The notes below the pieces were generated by a model. The model searched no databases. It had not been told where the DNA came from and was given only the letters and a program-made list of their open reading frames with translations. A DNA stretch of 64,000 bases, from the NCBI RefSeq assembly GCF_039654945.1, contig NW_027361899.1:3410001-3474000 (forward strand), given 5' to 3'. How positions within the stretch are numbered: position 1 is the stretch's first letter; each line of letters opens with the position of its first letter. The DNA is from Dendrobates tinctorius (taxonomy: Eukaryota). Below are positions 1 to 11,791 of this stretch, piece by piece. The position numbers were made by a program, and so were the translations under genes.

Positions 1-619
1 TGTGTAGAGTTCTCTCTCGGTGCAGTGTCCGTTCCTGTGCAGAACCCACCAGGCTGATTCTATCTTCTGCTATCTACATCAGCGCGGCTTCCTGTGGGGG
101 TTTACATAATCGCTACCTGGGTTCCAGCAGAACTCTCTACTCTGCTGCACAACAGGAGCTTATAACTATTATGGAGAGCTGAGTTTGTTGGCTGGTGCTG
201 ACATGCCCCTCCCTAGATGCATATAGCAGAAGAAATCCTGCGTCATTAGCATTAATGGAGCGACATTTGCTGTTTCACATCACTGGTCTCTCTGCAGCAG
301 GCAACAAACACAGTTACACTTAACTCTGCCCCTGTACACAGAGCCCCATCCTGCACTATGTCATCCCAGCCCCAAGCTCCTTACAGCCCTCTCCTGCAGA
401 ATCTCTCTTCTCAGCCTACACAAAGAGCTTATGCAACTTTCACCTGTGTCATGAATCAGAAATTCTCACAAATACCCAAGAAAACAAAGGGTAGATACAG
501 ACCCAAAGTTCCAGGTAACAAGATCAACAACGGAAAATGCACACAAAATTCACTTGGAGATGAAGAAAGCACTCTAGTCAATGCAATTGGCACAACAATC
601 TTTAATCATGACTGTCCTC

Positions 620-2805
620 GCACTCCCCTGTATACAGAGAATCATCCTGCAGTACATCCTCCCAGCCCCTCTATACAAAGCCCCATCCTGCAGTATATCT
701 TCTCAGTCTCTCTATACAAAGCCCCATCCTGCAGTATATACTCCCAGCCCCTCTATACAAAGCCCCATCCTGCAGTATATCCTCCCAGCCACTCTATACA
801 AAGCCCCATCCTGCAGTAAATCCTCCCAGCCCCTATATACAATGCCCCATCCTGCAGTATATCCTCCCAGCCCCTCTATACAAAGCCCCATCCTGCAGTA
901 TATCCTCCCAGCCCCTCCATACAGAGCCCCATCCTGCAGTATATCCTCCCAGCCCCTCCATACAGAGCCCCATCCTGCAGTATATCTTCTCAGCCCCTCT
1001 ATACAAAGCTCCATCCTGCAGTATATCCTCTCAGTCCCTCTATACAAAGCCCCATCCTGCAGTATATCCCCTCAGCCCCTCTATACAAAGCCCCATCCTG
1101 CAGTATATCCTCTCAGCACCTATATACAGAGCCCCATCCTGCAGTATATCCTCCCAGCCCCTCTATACAAAGCCCCATCCTGCAGTATATCTTCTCAGCC
1201 CCTCTATACAAATCCCCATCCTGCAGTATATCCTCTCGGCACCTACAGTCATATGTAAAAGTTTGGGCACCCCTATTAATGTTAACCTTTTTTCTTTATA
1301 ACAATTTTGGTTTTTGCAACAGGTATTTCAGTTTCATATATCTAATAACTGATGGACTCAGTTATATTTCTGGATTCAAATGAGGTTTATTGTACTAACA
1401 GAAAATGTGCAATCTGCATTTAAACAAAATTTGACCGATGCAAAGTATGGGCACCCTTATCATTTTCTTGATTTGAACACTCCTAACTACTTTTTACTGA
1501 CTTCCTGAAGCACTAAATTGGTTTTGTAACCTCATTGAGCTTTGAACTTCATAGCCAGGTGTATCAAATCATGAGAAAAGGTATTTAAAGTGGCCACTTG
1601 CAAGTAGTTCTCCTATTTGATTCTCCTACAGTTCTTGTTAAGCCCAGAAGTGGCAGGCCAAGAAAAATATCAGAAAGGCAGAGAAGAAGAATGGTGAGAA
1701 CAGTCAAGGACAATCCACAGACCACCTCCAAAGACCTGCAGCATCATCTTGCTGCAGATGGTGTCACTGTGCATCGGTCAACAATACAGCGCACTTTGCA
1801 CAAGGAGAAGCTGTATGGGAGAGTGATGCGAAAGAAGCCGTTTCTGCAAGCACGCCACAAACAGAGTCGCCTGAGGTCTGCAAAAGCACATTTGGACAAG
1901 CCAGTTACATTTTGGAAGAAGGTCCTGTGGACTGATGAAACAAAGATTGAGTTGTTTGGTCATACAAAAAGGCGTTATGCATGCGCTGTATTGTTGACCG
2001 ATGCACAGTGACACCATCTGCAGCAAGATGATGCTGCAGGTCTTTGGAGGTGGTCTGTGGATTGTCCTTGACTGTTCTCACCATTCTTCTTCTCTGCCTT
2101 TCTGATATTTTTCTTGGCCTGCCACTTCTGGGCTTAACAAGAACTGTACCTGTGTTCTTCCATTTCCTTACTATGTTCCTCACAGTGGAAACTGACAGGT
2201 TAAATCTCTGAGACAACTTTTTGTCTCCTTCCCCTGAAAAGCTATGTTGAATAATCTTTGTTTTCAGATCATTTGAGAGTTGTTTTGAGGAGCCCATGAT
2301 GCCACTCTTCATAGGAGAATCAAATAGGAGAGCTACTTGCAAGTGGCCACTTTAAATACCTTTTCTCATGATTTGATACACCTGGCTATGAAGTTCAAAG
2401 CTCAATGAGGTTACAAAACCAATTTAGTGCTTCAGGAAGTCAGTAAAAAGTAGTTAGGAGTGTTCAAATCAAGAAAATGATAAGGGTGCCCATACTTTTG
2501 CACCGGTCAAATTTTGTTTAAATGCAGATTGCACATTTTCTGTTAGTACAATAAACCTCATTTGAATCCAGAAATATAACTGAGTCCATCAGTTATTAGA
2601 TATATGAAACTGAAATACCTGTTGCAAAAACCAAAATTGTTATAAAGAAAAAAGGTTAACATTAATAGGGGTGCCCAAACTTTTACATATGACTGTATAC
2701 ACAGAGCCCCATCCTGCAGTATATCTCTCCCAGCCCCTCTATAGAAAGCCCCATCCTGCAGTATATCTCTCCTCTCAGCCCACTCTATACAGTCCCATCT
2801 TGCAG
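620..2805. repeat. 41-bp minisatellite split by a Tc1 derivative
   Basis: Unit ccccatcctgcagtatatcctcccagcccctctatacaaag; runs ~620-1245 and resumes at 2696-2805. Confidence 0.9.
1246..2695. mobile_element. Non-autonomous foldback Tc1/mariner derivative (two transposon left ends in inverted orientation), copy 1
   Basis: TA on both flanks; TIR cagtcatatgtaaaagtttgggcacccc. Tc1 transposase N-terminal fragments on both strands (RSGRPRK motif; WTDETKIELFG on +). The rest of the DDE domain is missing. Confidence 0.92.
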
Positions 2806-4371
2806 CACATTGCTCCCCTTAGTTACAGCACACACCACGGCCTCCTGGTTTGATCTCCCGCAGTGTAATATGGGGGGCTCCGTCCCTTTCTGTGACATCA
2901 TCCCTCACAATAGAAGCTGTGGTATAGATACGTCCCAGGCTCTGCGCTGCGGTCAGGATGTCAGCGGACATGGACTGCACGGTGCAAGACCAACCAGGGG
3001 CTGGAACTATGGGGCACTTCCAAGAGTAACTAGAGGGTGAACTGGAGGAGATGGACATTAGTATAAGACCACATTGTGATTTTGGAAAAGCCCTTTAAAT
3101 GCCTGTATTTTCAGATAAACACATCTTTTTTTTCAATTGTAATTGTTTCAGCGTTTGCCTTTAACAGGCCCTTTGCTTCATTTCACCGTTTCTGATTGCA
3201 GAATGATCTAACTGAGATTCTGTCAGCGAGCCGGTTCTGATGGAGAGTTTGTATCTCTTTTATCTGCCTTGTTCGAAGATCTTCCATTCTGATTTAAAAC
3301 CAGAGAATACATTAAAGTTCAGCTGAACTGTCAAAGAATTCAGAGATCAGCTTAGAAAAAGGCAAATAAAAGAATTACAAAACTCTCCGCAGAAAGAGCT
3401 CACTGACAGATTCTCAGTTAAATCAATAGCACTGTGCAGGGAAACGCTGACGCGGCGGTGCTGGCGCGAGATCTTATCGCTCCGTGGACCAGCCGTCCGT
3501 AGCTTGATATTTCGCTGACTTCTCCTCGGTCCTGAGGCCACAGTCACACTTTGCAGTGTTTTGTCCCATAGACCACCCAGACTTCACACGTTATGAACAT
3601 CCCCTGCTCGGAGCCCCCCACGCCGCCCCCATAAGCCGATCCTGTATTTGTGTCACGCTCGGAGTAATGGCCTCCGTCAGCCGGCAGCGCACTTTGCTCT
3701 CTCCCTGAGTCGCGCGCTTTTGGCCGCTAAGTATAAGTGACAATGTAATGGGGTCCCGGTAATAAGGCACTCCATTAGTCGCTGACTTTTTGCCGATCTT
3801 TGGGGAGTTTCATCCTCCGGTGGGGGAGGGGAGATTGATTGAGACACAGCGATCGACTTCTGCAATGTGCTCAATCCTCTTCTCTTCCGCGCCTCCGTCT
3901 CCCAGGAGGATCAAGTAACCTGGCGATCAATAGCGCCGGCGATATCACTGCTGTCCGAAAACCCAGACACTTGAAAGGCTCGAAAGACGGCGGAAAAAAG
4001 GAAAGAAAAATCAGCGTTGTGATTCAAAACACAAAAATTCACCAGTGAGAAGGTTTTATGCTTCCCAGTATTCGTTGGCCTTATCCAGCAGCGCGGGGGT
4101 CCCGCTAAGCCCCTGTTGCTTCTGAAAATCAGATTCTAGGACAGAGGATCCGTATGGATGCACCATATGGCGGCACACGGATTGGATCCAGCTCCATAGC
4201 ACAAAGCTGTAGGGACTGCGGAGCGCGGGTGCACAGCCGGCGGCACATTGCTCTGCCGGATCAGAACATCTGCATGAAGCTTCTATGTTCTCCCCGTGTT
4301 CTTATGAGTTTTCCCAAGTTTCCTCCCACGCTCCAAGAAAATCCTGATGAGTTCATAAAAAAATATGGAGA

Positions 4372-5965
4372 TGAGAGCGAGCCCGGCAGAGACCAAGCCC
4401 GGATGAGGAGGCAGAGACACAGCCCAGCAGAGAGCGAGCCCGGCAGAGACCAAGCCCGGCTGAGGAGGCAGAGACACAGCCCAGCAGAGAGCGAGCCCGG
4501 CAGAGACCAAGCCCGGCTGAGGAGGCAGAGACACAGCCCAGCAGAGAGCGAGCCCGGCAGAGACCAAGCCCGGCTGAGGAGGCAGAGACACAGCCCAGCA
4601 GAGAGCGAGCCCGGCAGAGACCAAGCCCGGCTGAGGAGGCAGAGACACAGCCCAGCAGAGAGCGAGCCCGGCAGAGACCAAGCCCGGCTGAGGAGGCAGA
4701 GACACAGCCCAGCAGAGAGCGAGCCCGGCAGAGACCAAGCCCGGATGAGGAGGCAGAGACACAGCCCAGCAGAGAGCGAGCCCGGCAGAGACCAAGCCCG
4801 GCTGAGGAGGCAGAGACACAGCCCAGCACAGACAGCGAGCCCGGCAGAGACCGAGCCCTGCAGAGAGCGAGCCCGGCAGGGAAGACAGAGACTGAGCCCG
4901 GCAGAGAGCCAGCCCAGCAGGGAAGACAGAGACTGAGCCTGGCAGAGAGCCAGCCCAGCAGGGAAGACAGAGACTGAGCCCGGCAGAGAGCCAGCCCAGC
5001 AGGGAAGACAGAGACTGAGCCCGGCAGAGAGCCAGCCCAGCAGGGAAGACAGAGACTGAGCCTGGCAGAGAGCCAGCCCAGCAGGGAAGACAGAGATTGA
5101 GCCCGGCAGAGAGCCAGCCCAGCAGGGAAGACAGAGACTGAGCCCGGCAGAGAGCCAGCCCAGCAGAGAAGACAGAGACTGAGCCCAGCAGAGAGCGAGC
5201 CTGACAGAGAGTGAGCCCGACAGAGAAGGCAGAGACCGAGCCCAGCAGAGAGCGAGCCCGGCAGGGAAGACAGACTGAGCCCAGCAGAGAGCCAGCCCAA
5301 CAGAGAGCGAGCCCGACAGGGATCGAGCCTAGCAGAGACTGAACCCGGCAGAGACCAAGCCTGGAAGAGACCGCAGAGAGTGATCCCAAAAGAGAGCGAG
5401 CCTGGAAGATAGCGAGCCTGGCAGGGAAGACAGAGACTGAGCCCAGCAGAGAGCGAGCCCAGCAATGCGAGAGCCCGACAGAGAAGGCAGAGACTGAGCC
5501 CAGCAGAGAGCAAGCTTGGCAGAGAGCAAGCCCGACAGGGAAGACAGAGACTGAGCCCAGCAGAGAGCCAGCCCAACAACAGAGAGCGAGTCCGGCAGAG
5601 ATCGAGCCTAGCAGAGACTGGACCCGGCAGAGACCAAGCCCGGAAGAGACCGCAGAGAGCGAGCCCAACATAGAGCGAGCCCGGCAGGGAAAACAGAGAC
5701 TGAGCCCAGCAGAGAGCGAGCCCAGCAATGAGAGAGCCCGGCAGGGAAGACAGAGACTGAGCCCAGCAGAGAGCGAGCCTGGCAGAAATTGAGCCCGGCA
5801 GGGAAGACAGAGAGCAGAGATCGAGCGTAGCACACTGAATCTGGCAGAGACCACAGAGTGTGAGCCCAACAGAGAGTGAGCCCGGAAGAAACTGAGCCTG
5901 GCAGGGAAGACAGAGACAGAGCCTGGGAGAGACTGAGCTCAGCAGAGAGCGAGCCCGGCAGAGAC
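4372..5965. repeat. Compound GA-rich minisatellite (57-bp units, then 42-bp units, then degenerate)
   Basis: About 8 near-perfect gagagcgagcccggcagagaccaagcccggctgaggaggcagagacacagcccagca units, followed by shorter related units. Confidence 0.9.
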
Positions 5966-6224
5966 TGGAGGGGTCATCACCGCGGCACAACAGATAGTTC
6001 AGGGCCACAGATACATGGTCTCAGATTTATCAAAGCGTTTACATCATAATTCTGCTACAATTTGCTTTGAAAATCTTTGCAACTTTGTCGTGCTTTCACC
6101 AGTTTAACCAAACTCTGCCAAAATTCGCAGAATACGATGCCACAGCTCGTCTAGTGGTGTCGTTCCTTACGCCAGAAATCTCTGCCCAGTCTCTGATTTT
6201 TGTCACGACACTTCAACCTTGTGA

Positions 6225-6571
6225 AGACAGAAAACGTGTGACCTCGGTCATTGCCAACAAAGGATATATCACAAAGTATTGAGATGAACTTTTGTTAATG
6301 ACCAAATATTTATTTTCCACCATAATTTGCTAAATAAATCTTCCAAATCAGACAAGGTGATTTTCTGGATTTGTTTCCTCATTGTGACGCTCAGAGTTGT
6401 GGTCGACCTATGAATCATAGAATCATAGAATCGTAGAGTTGGAAGGGACCTCCTGGGCCATCTGGTCCAACCCCCTGCTCAAAGCATGTCAGTTACAGGC
6501 CGCTCTCATCTTTATAAGGGGGGGAACTTCTACAATTGGGGGCTGACTAAAGCCTTGTTTCCCCCCCACTG
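6225..6571 (+). mobile_element. Old Tc1 3' remnant (transposase C-terminus plus right TIR)
   Basis: RKRVTSVIANKGYITKY* is a typical Tc1 C-terminus; ends ...ccccactg|TA. Confidence 0.75.
6413..6486 (-). mobile_element. CR1 LINE extreme 3' end nested in the Tc1 remnant
   Basis: Reverse complement reads ...ggaggtcccttccaactctacgattctatgattctatgat, the (ATTCTATG)n tail of CR1. Confidence 0.8.
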
Positions 6572-7294
6572 TATACACTGCAACCACACACAGCGTCTCT
6601 GACCATCGAACCCAGAAGTGAATTAACAGGGATGCCGAGACTGTCCTGTATAACGGACGCTGTCACCCCCGAGCAGAGAACACACGGCACAGTATACGAT
6701 CTCACCGCCATACGACGTGGCCGCGCTGTCACCGCTCATCACATCACTTCTAGATTATTTATTACATTCATAAATAAACAACACAAAGAATCACTGATTG
6801 AAGAATAAGCAGCTGCAATAGATTCATGATGATGTCAACGTTATTGTCATTTTATAAAACTAAAACTAAATAAAATGCGGCGGCGGCAGGAGCTGAGCAT
6901 AATGTTTGGAAACACTGAGCAGAGCGGACATTATATCATGAGATGATTTGTAGCAAAATGTAACAATGATTTACTAATAATCAGAATAACAGCCTGAACC
7001 CCACGAAATAAAAGTATGTGAACCCCCATCTAGGGAAATACAGTATATCGACAGGACGTCAGCCGCACGACAGACAGCAATATTTATGGCAAATGTGGAA
7101 TTTCTTGTTCGTTTTCTTATTGAGCAAGAAATTCTAAAAGCAGCAAAAATACTAAGCAGCAAAACTTTAATAACGGTCATGATCATACACTCACACTCAG
7201 AGACTCGTACATCCACACTAAACACTCATATCCAGGTCTATACTCACATCTATATACTCACCCATACACCCACTCACCATTCCACACGTGCACT

Positions 7295-10021
7295 CACACT
7301 CATCACCCCTCATATAAGCACTCACACTCATCATCCCTCTTACAAACACACTCACTCATCATCCCTCATACAAGCACTCACACTCATCATCCCTCATACA
7401 AGCACTCACACTCATCATCCCTCATACAAGCACTCTCACTCATCATCCCTCATACAAGCACTCACACTCATCATCCCTCATACAAGCACTTACTCATCAT
7501 CCCTCATACAAGCACTCACACTCATCATCCCTCATACAAACACACTCACTCATCATCCCTCATACAAACACACTCACTCATCATCCCTCATACAAGCACT
7601 CACACTCATCCCTCATACAAGCACTCACACTCATCATCCCTCATACACACTCACTCATCATCCCTCATACAAGCACTCACACTCATCATCCCTCATACAA
7701 GCACTCTCACTCATCATCCCTCATACAAGCACTTACTCATCATCCCTCATACAAGCACTCACACTCATCATCCCTCATACAAACACACTCACTCATCATC
7801 CCTCAAACACACTCACTCATCATCCCTCATACAAACACACTCACTCATCATCCCTCATACAAGCACTCACACTCATCATCCCTCATACAAGCACTCACAC
7901 TCATCATCCCTCATACAAGCACTCACACTCATCATCCCTCATACAAACACACTCACTCATCATCTCTCATACAAGCACTCACACTCATCATCCCTCATAC
8001 AAACACACTCACTCATCATCCCTCATACAAGCACTCACACTCATCATCCCTCATACAAGCACTCACACTCATCATCCCTCATAAAAGCACTTACTCATCA
8101 TCCCTCATGCAAGCACTCACACTCATCATCCCTCATACAAGCACTCACACTCATTATCCCTCATACAAGCACTTACTCATCATCCCTCATACAAGCACTC
8201 ACACTCATCATCCCTCATACAAGCACTCACACTCATCATCCCTCATACAAGCACTCACACTCATCATCCCTCATAAAAGCACTTACTCATCATCCCTCAT
8301 GCAAGCACTCACACTCATCATCCCTCATACAAGCACTCACACTCATCATCCCTCATACAAGCACTTACTCATCATCCCTCATACAAGCACTCACACTCAT
8401 CATCCCTCATACAAGCACTCACACTCATCATCCCTCATACAAACACACTCACTCATCATCTCTCATACAAGCACTCACACTCATCATCCCTCATACAAAC
8501 ACACTCACTCATCATCCCTCATATAAGCACTCACACTCATCATCCCTCATACAAACACACTCACTCTTCATCCCTCATACAAGCACTCACACTCATCATC
8601 CCTCATACAAACACACTCACTCATCATCCCTCATACAAGCACTCACACTCATCATCCCTCATACAAACACTCACTCATCATCTCTCATACAAGCACTCAC
8701 ACTCATCATCCCTCATACAAACACACTCACTCATCATCCCTCATACAAGCACTCACACTCATCATCCCTCATACAAGCACTCACACTCATCATCCCTCAT
8801 ACAAGCACTCACACTCATCATCCCTCATACAAACACACTCACTCATCATCTCTCATACAAGCACTCACACTCATCATCCCTCATACAAACACACTCACTC
8901 ATCATCCCTCATACAAGCACTCACACTCATCATCCCTCATACAAGCACTCACACTCATCATCCCTCATACAAACACACTCACTCATCATCCCTCATACAA
9001 GCACTCACACTCATCATCCCTCATACAAACACACTCACTCATCATCTCTCATACAAGCACTCACACTCATCATCCCTCATACAAGCACTCACACTCATCA
9101 TCCCTCATACAAACACACTCACTCATCATCTCTCATACAAGCACTCACACTCATCATCCCTCATACAAACACACTCACTCATCATCCCTCATACAAACAC
9201 ACTCACTCATCATCTCTCATACAAGCACTCACACTCATCATCTCTCATACAAGCACTCACAGTCATCATCTCTCATACAAGCACTCACACTCATCATCCC
9301 TCATACAAACACACTCACTCATCATCCCTCATACAAGCACTCACACTCATCATCCCTCATACAAGCACTCACACTCATCATCCCTCATACAAACACACTC
9401 ACTCATCATCTCTCATACAAGCACTCACACTCATCATCCCTCATACAAACACTCTCACTCATCATCCCTCATACAAACACACTCACTCATCATCTCTCAT
9501 ACAAGCACTCACACTCATCATCTCTCATACAAGCACTCACAGTCATCATCTCTCATACAAGCACTCACACTCATCATCCCTCATACAAACACACTCACTC
9601 ATCATCTCTCATACAAGCACTCACACTCATCATCCCTCATACAAGCACTCACACTCATCATCCCTCATACAAACACACTCACTCATCATCTCTCATACAA
9701 GCACTCACACTCATCATCCCTCATACAAACACTCTCACTCATCATCCCTCATACAAACACACTCACTCATCATCTCTCATACAAGCACTCACACTCATCA
9801 TCTCTCATACAAGCACTCACAGTCATCATCTCTCATACAAGCACTCACACTCATCATCCCTCATACAAACACACTCACTCATCATCCCTCATACAAGCAC
9901 TCACACTCATCATCCCTCATACAAGCACTCACACTCATCATCCCTCATACAAACACACTCACTCATCATCCCTCATACAAGCACTCACACTCATCATCCC
10001 TCATACAAACACACTCACTCA
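7295..10021. repeat. 28-bp CA-rich minisatellite, about 95 copies
   Basis: Unit actcatcatccctcatacaagcactcac with aacacactc variants. Confidence 0.95.
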
Positions 10022-11474
10022 TGCCAACCATCCGAGCCCCTTCTTATGCAGAAAGAAACAGAGGACACTGACCGGCCTCTGCTTTGAGCCATAGGGGAGA
10101 CTGGAGCGATTTCTTGCTTCTATACAGCTTTTTGTCACCTCCTGGTCGTCCCCACCAAGCTGCTCCTGAACGGAGAGAGGACTGATAAGTGGTCAACGTC
10201 TAACTAGGTGTTCAGTCATATATACACTGTATATGTGCGGCTGCCGAGCGCCGGCCGGCGACCTGAGGACAGGGGCGTCCACTGCATGTCTACATGGTAG
10301 TACCATCCTCTATTACCCCCCGTATGGTGCACCGGGGCTCAGGATCCAGGGTCAGGTGTGACTTGAGGTTGTATGTGGTTCCTGGGCTCCTCACATCCCG
10401 TGTGCAGCACTATGGCCTGAGATGGCGCTATAGCTATACATACAGGACATTGCAGGAAGCGTCGCTGAGGCGGCACGTGAAGAGGACGGGAGTCACGAGG
10501 AGCCTCATCACCTCCCATATGACGCAGTGAGCGATACATTTACACCGGGTGACCAACCTCCGGCTGTTTCCTACAGAGCGCTTGGGGCGTCCCGGAGGTC
10601 TCCGGCCTGCGCTCAGTCTTCTTATCTCACTGAAAGTTTGGAGCAGAAACTCAAAGTTTTAGAGGAGTTTTAAGAGTTGGAAGAAGATTTGCAAAGTTTT
10701 CCCTAAGTTTCTGCTACAAAATATCTTGAAGACCCCGAGTGCGCCGCAGCTTTCCTCACGGTCTCCGTAGACTTCACCGGCCAAAAAGGTCAACCAAAAT
10801 CCGGGAGTGTCCAACATGACGATCCCAGGAACAGCTGTTCACATGGCCGGCAGCCTCATGCCCGGGCCCTCTGCCCTCCATTACAGACCCCTGAATGGTC
10901 CTTTCTTCAGTTCAGATCTTCTTTCAAAAACGTTATACAACATGGCTGGAAAACTGGCTCCACTGTGTTGTCAGACGGCGTTACCAGAAGTGACAGGTGG
11001 GGAGGGGACATATGATGCCACGTGAGAGCCGCTGAGGCAGCCATATTAGTAGTTACCCCAATATGGTGGGGTGAAAAGTGTGACAAGGAAAGGTGAGTAG
11101 TGGACACGGTCTTCCAGCGGACCCCCCAGTCTGGAGTAATTACTGGGGTCTCATAACTGGCTGCACCATTGCCCCCAGGAGGTCTCACACACATATACAG
11201 TATATATACAGCCGCAGTACGGGGGTGACAGGGAGAGGACGGCGCCGTCCTGCCGGTGGGGGATGATCCAGTTGATTTTTATTTTTTCTGGACAGTATAT
11301 AAATCTTACAGACCCTGTGTAAAATTATAATAAATCTTCCGGACTGTCAGCGCCGCGTCCACAGCCGGACTCTGCGGTGAATAAATCCCATTATTTTATG
11401 GGCTGTCGGGGATCTCGGCCCAGGGCGAATGTGGATGAGATGACGGGTCCCTCCAAACCCGGACCGTACACCCC

Positions 11475-11605
11475 TCCATCCCACGCCGTCATCTCCATCC
11501 CACACCGTCATCTCCATCCCACGCTGTCATCTCCATCCCACGCCGCCAACTCCATCCCACACCGTCATCTCCATCCCACGCCGCCAACTCCATCCCACAC
11601 CGCCA
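11475..11605. repeat. 19-bp short tandem repeat abutting the exon 5 donor
   Basis: About 7 copies of ccatcccacRccgYcaWct. Confidence 0.8.
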
Positions 11606-11614
11606 GCCTCTTAC

Positions 11615-11747
11615 CTGTCCTGTTAGTGAGGCCAAAGGTGATGGACTTATCCGGGATCCCGCACACGTTCCGCACGGACACCAGACACGTATAGTTGGCG
11701 AAATCCTGAGGACGCAAATTCTTCAACTTCAAAACTTTGGTTTCACC
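11615..11747 (-). CDS. MDGA1: MDGA1 coding exon 5 (end of Ig domain 2); frame absent from the ORF track
   Basis: GETKVLKLKNLRPQDFANYTCLVSVRNVCGIPDKSITFGLTNRT. Acceptor ctttttctcAG, donor GTaaga; 133 bp, in frame with exon 4. Confidence 0.95.
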
Positions 11748-11791
11748 CTGAGAAAAAGCGCAAAAAATAGAAATATTAATGCACTAATATA

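Noticed and set aside
4154-6008. 260-551 aa repetitive ORFs
   Set aside because: Translations of a minisatellite; no gene structure.
7086-8526. His/Ser/Thr-rich ORFs with a signal-peptide-like start
   Set aside because: Read-through into the 28-bp CA-rich repeat, antisense to the host gene.
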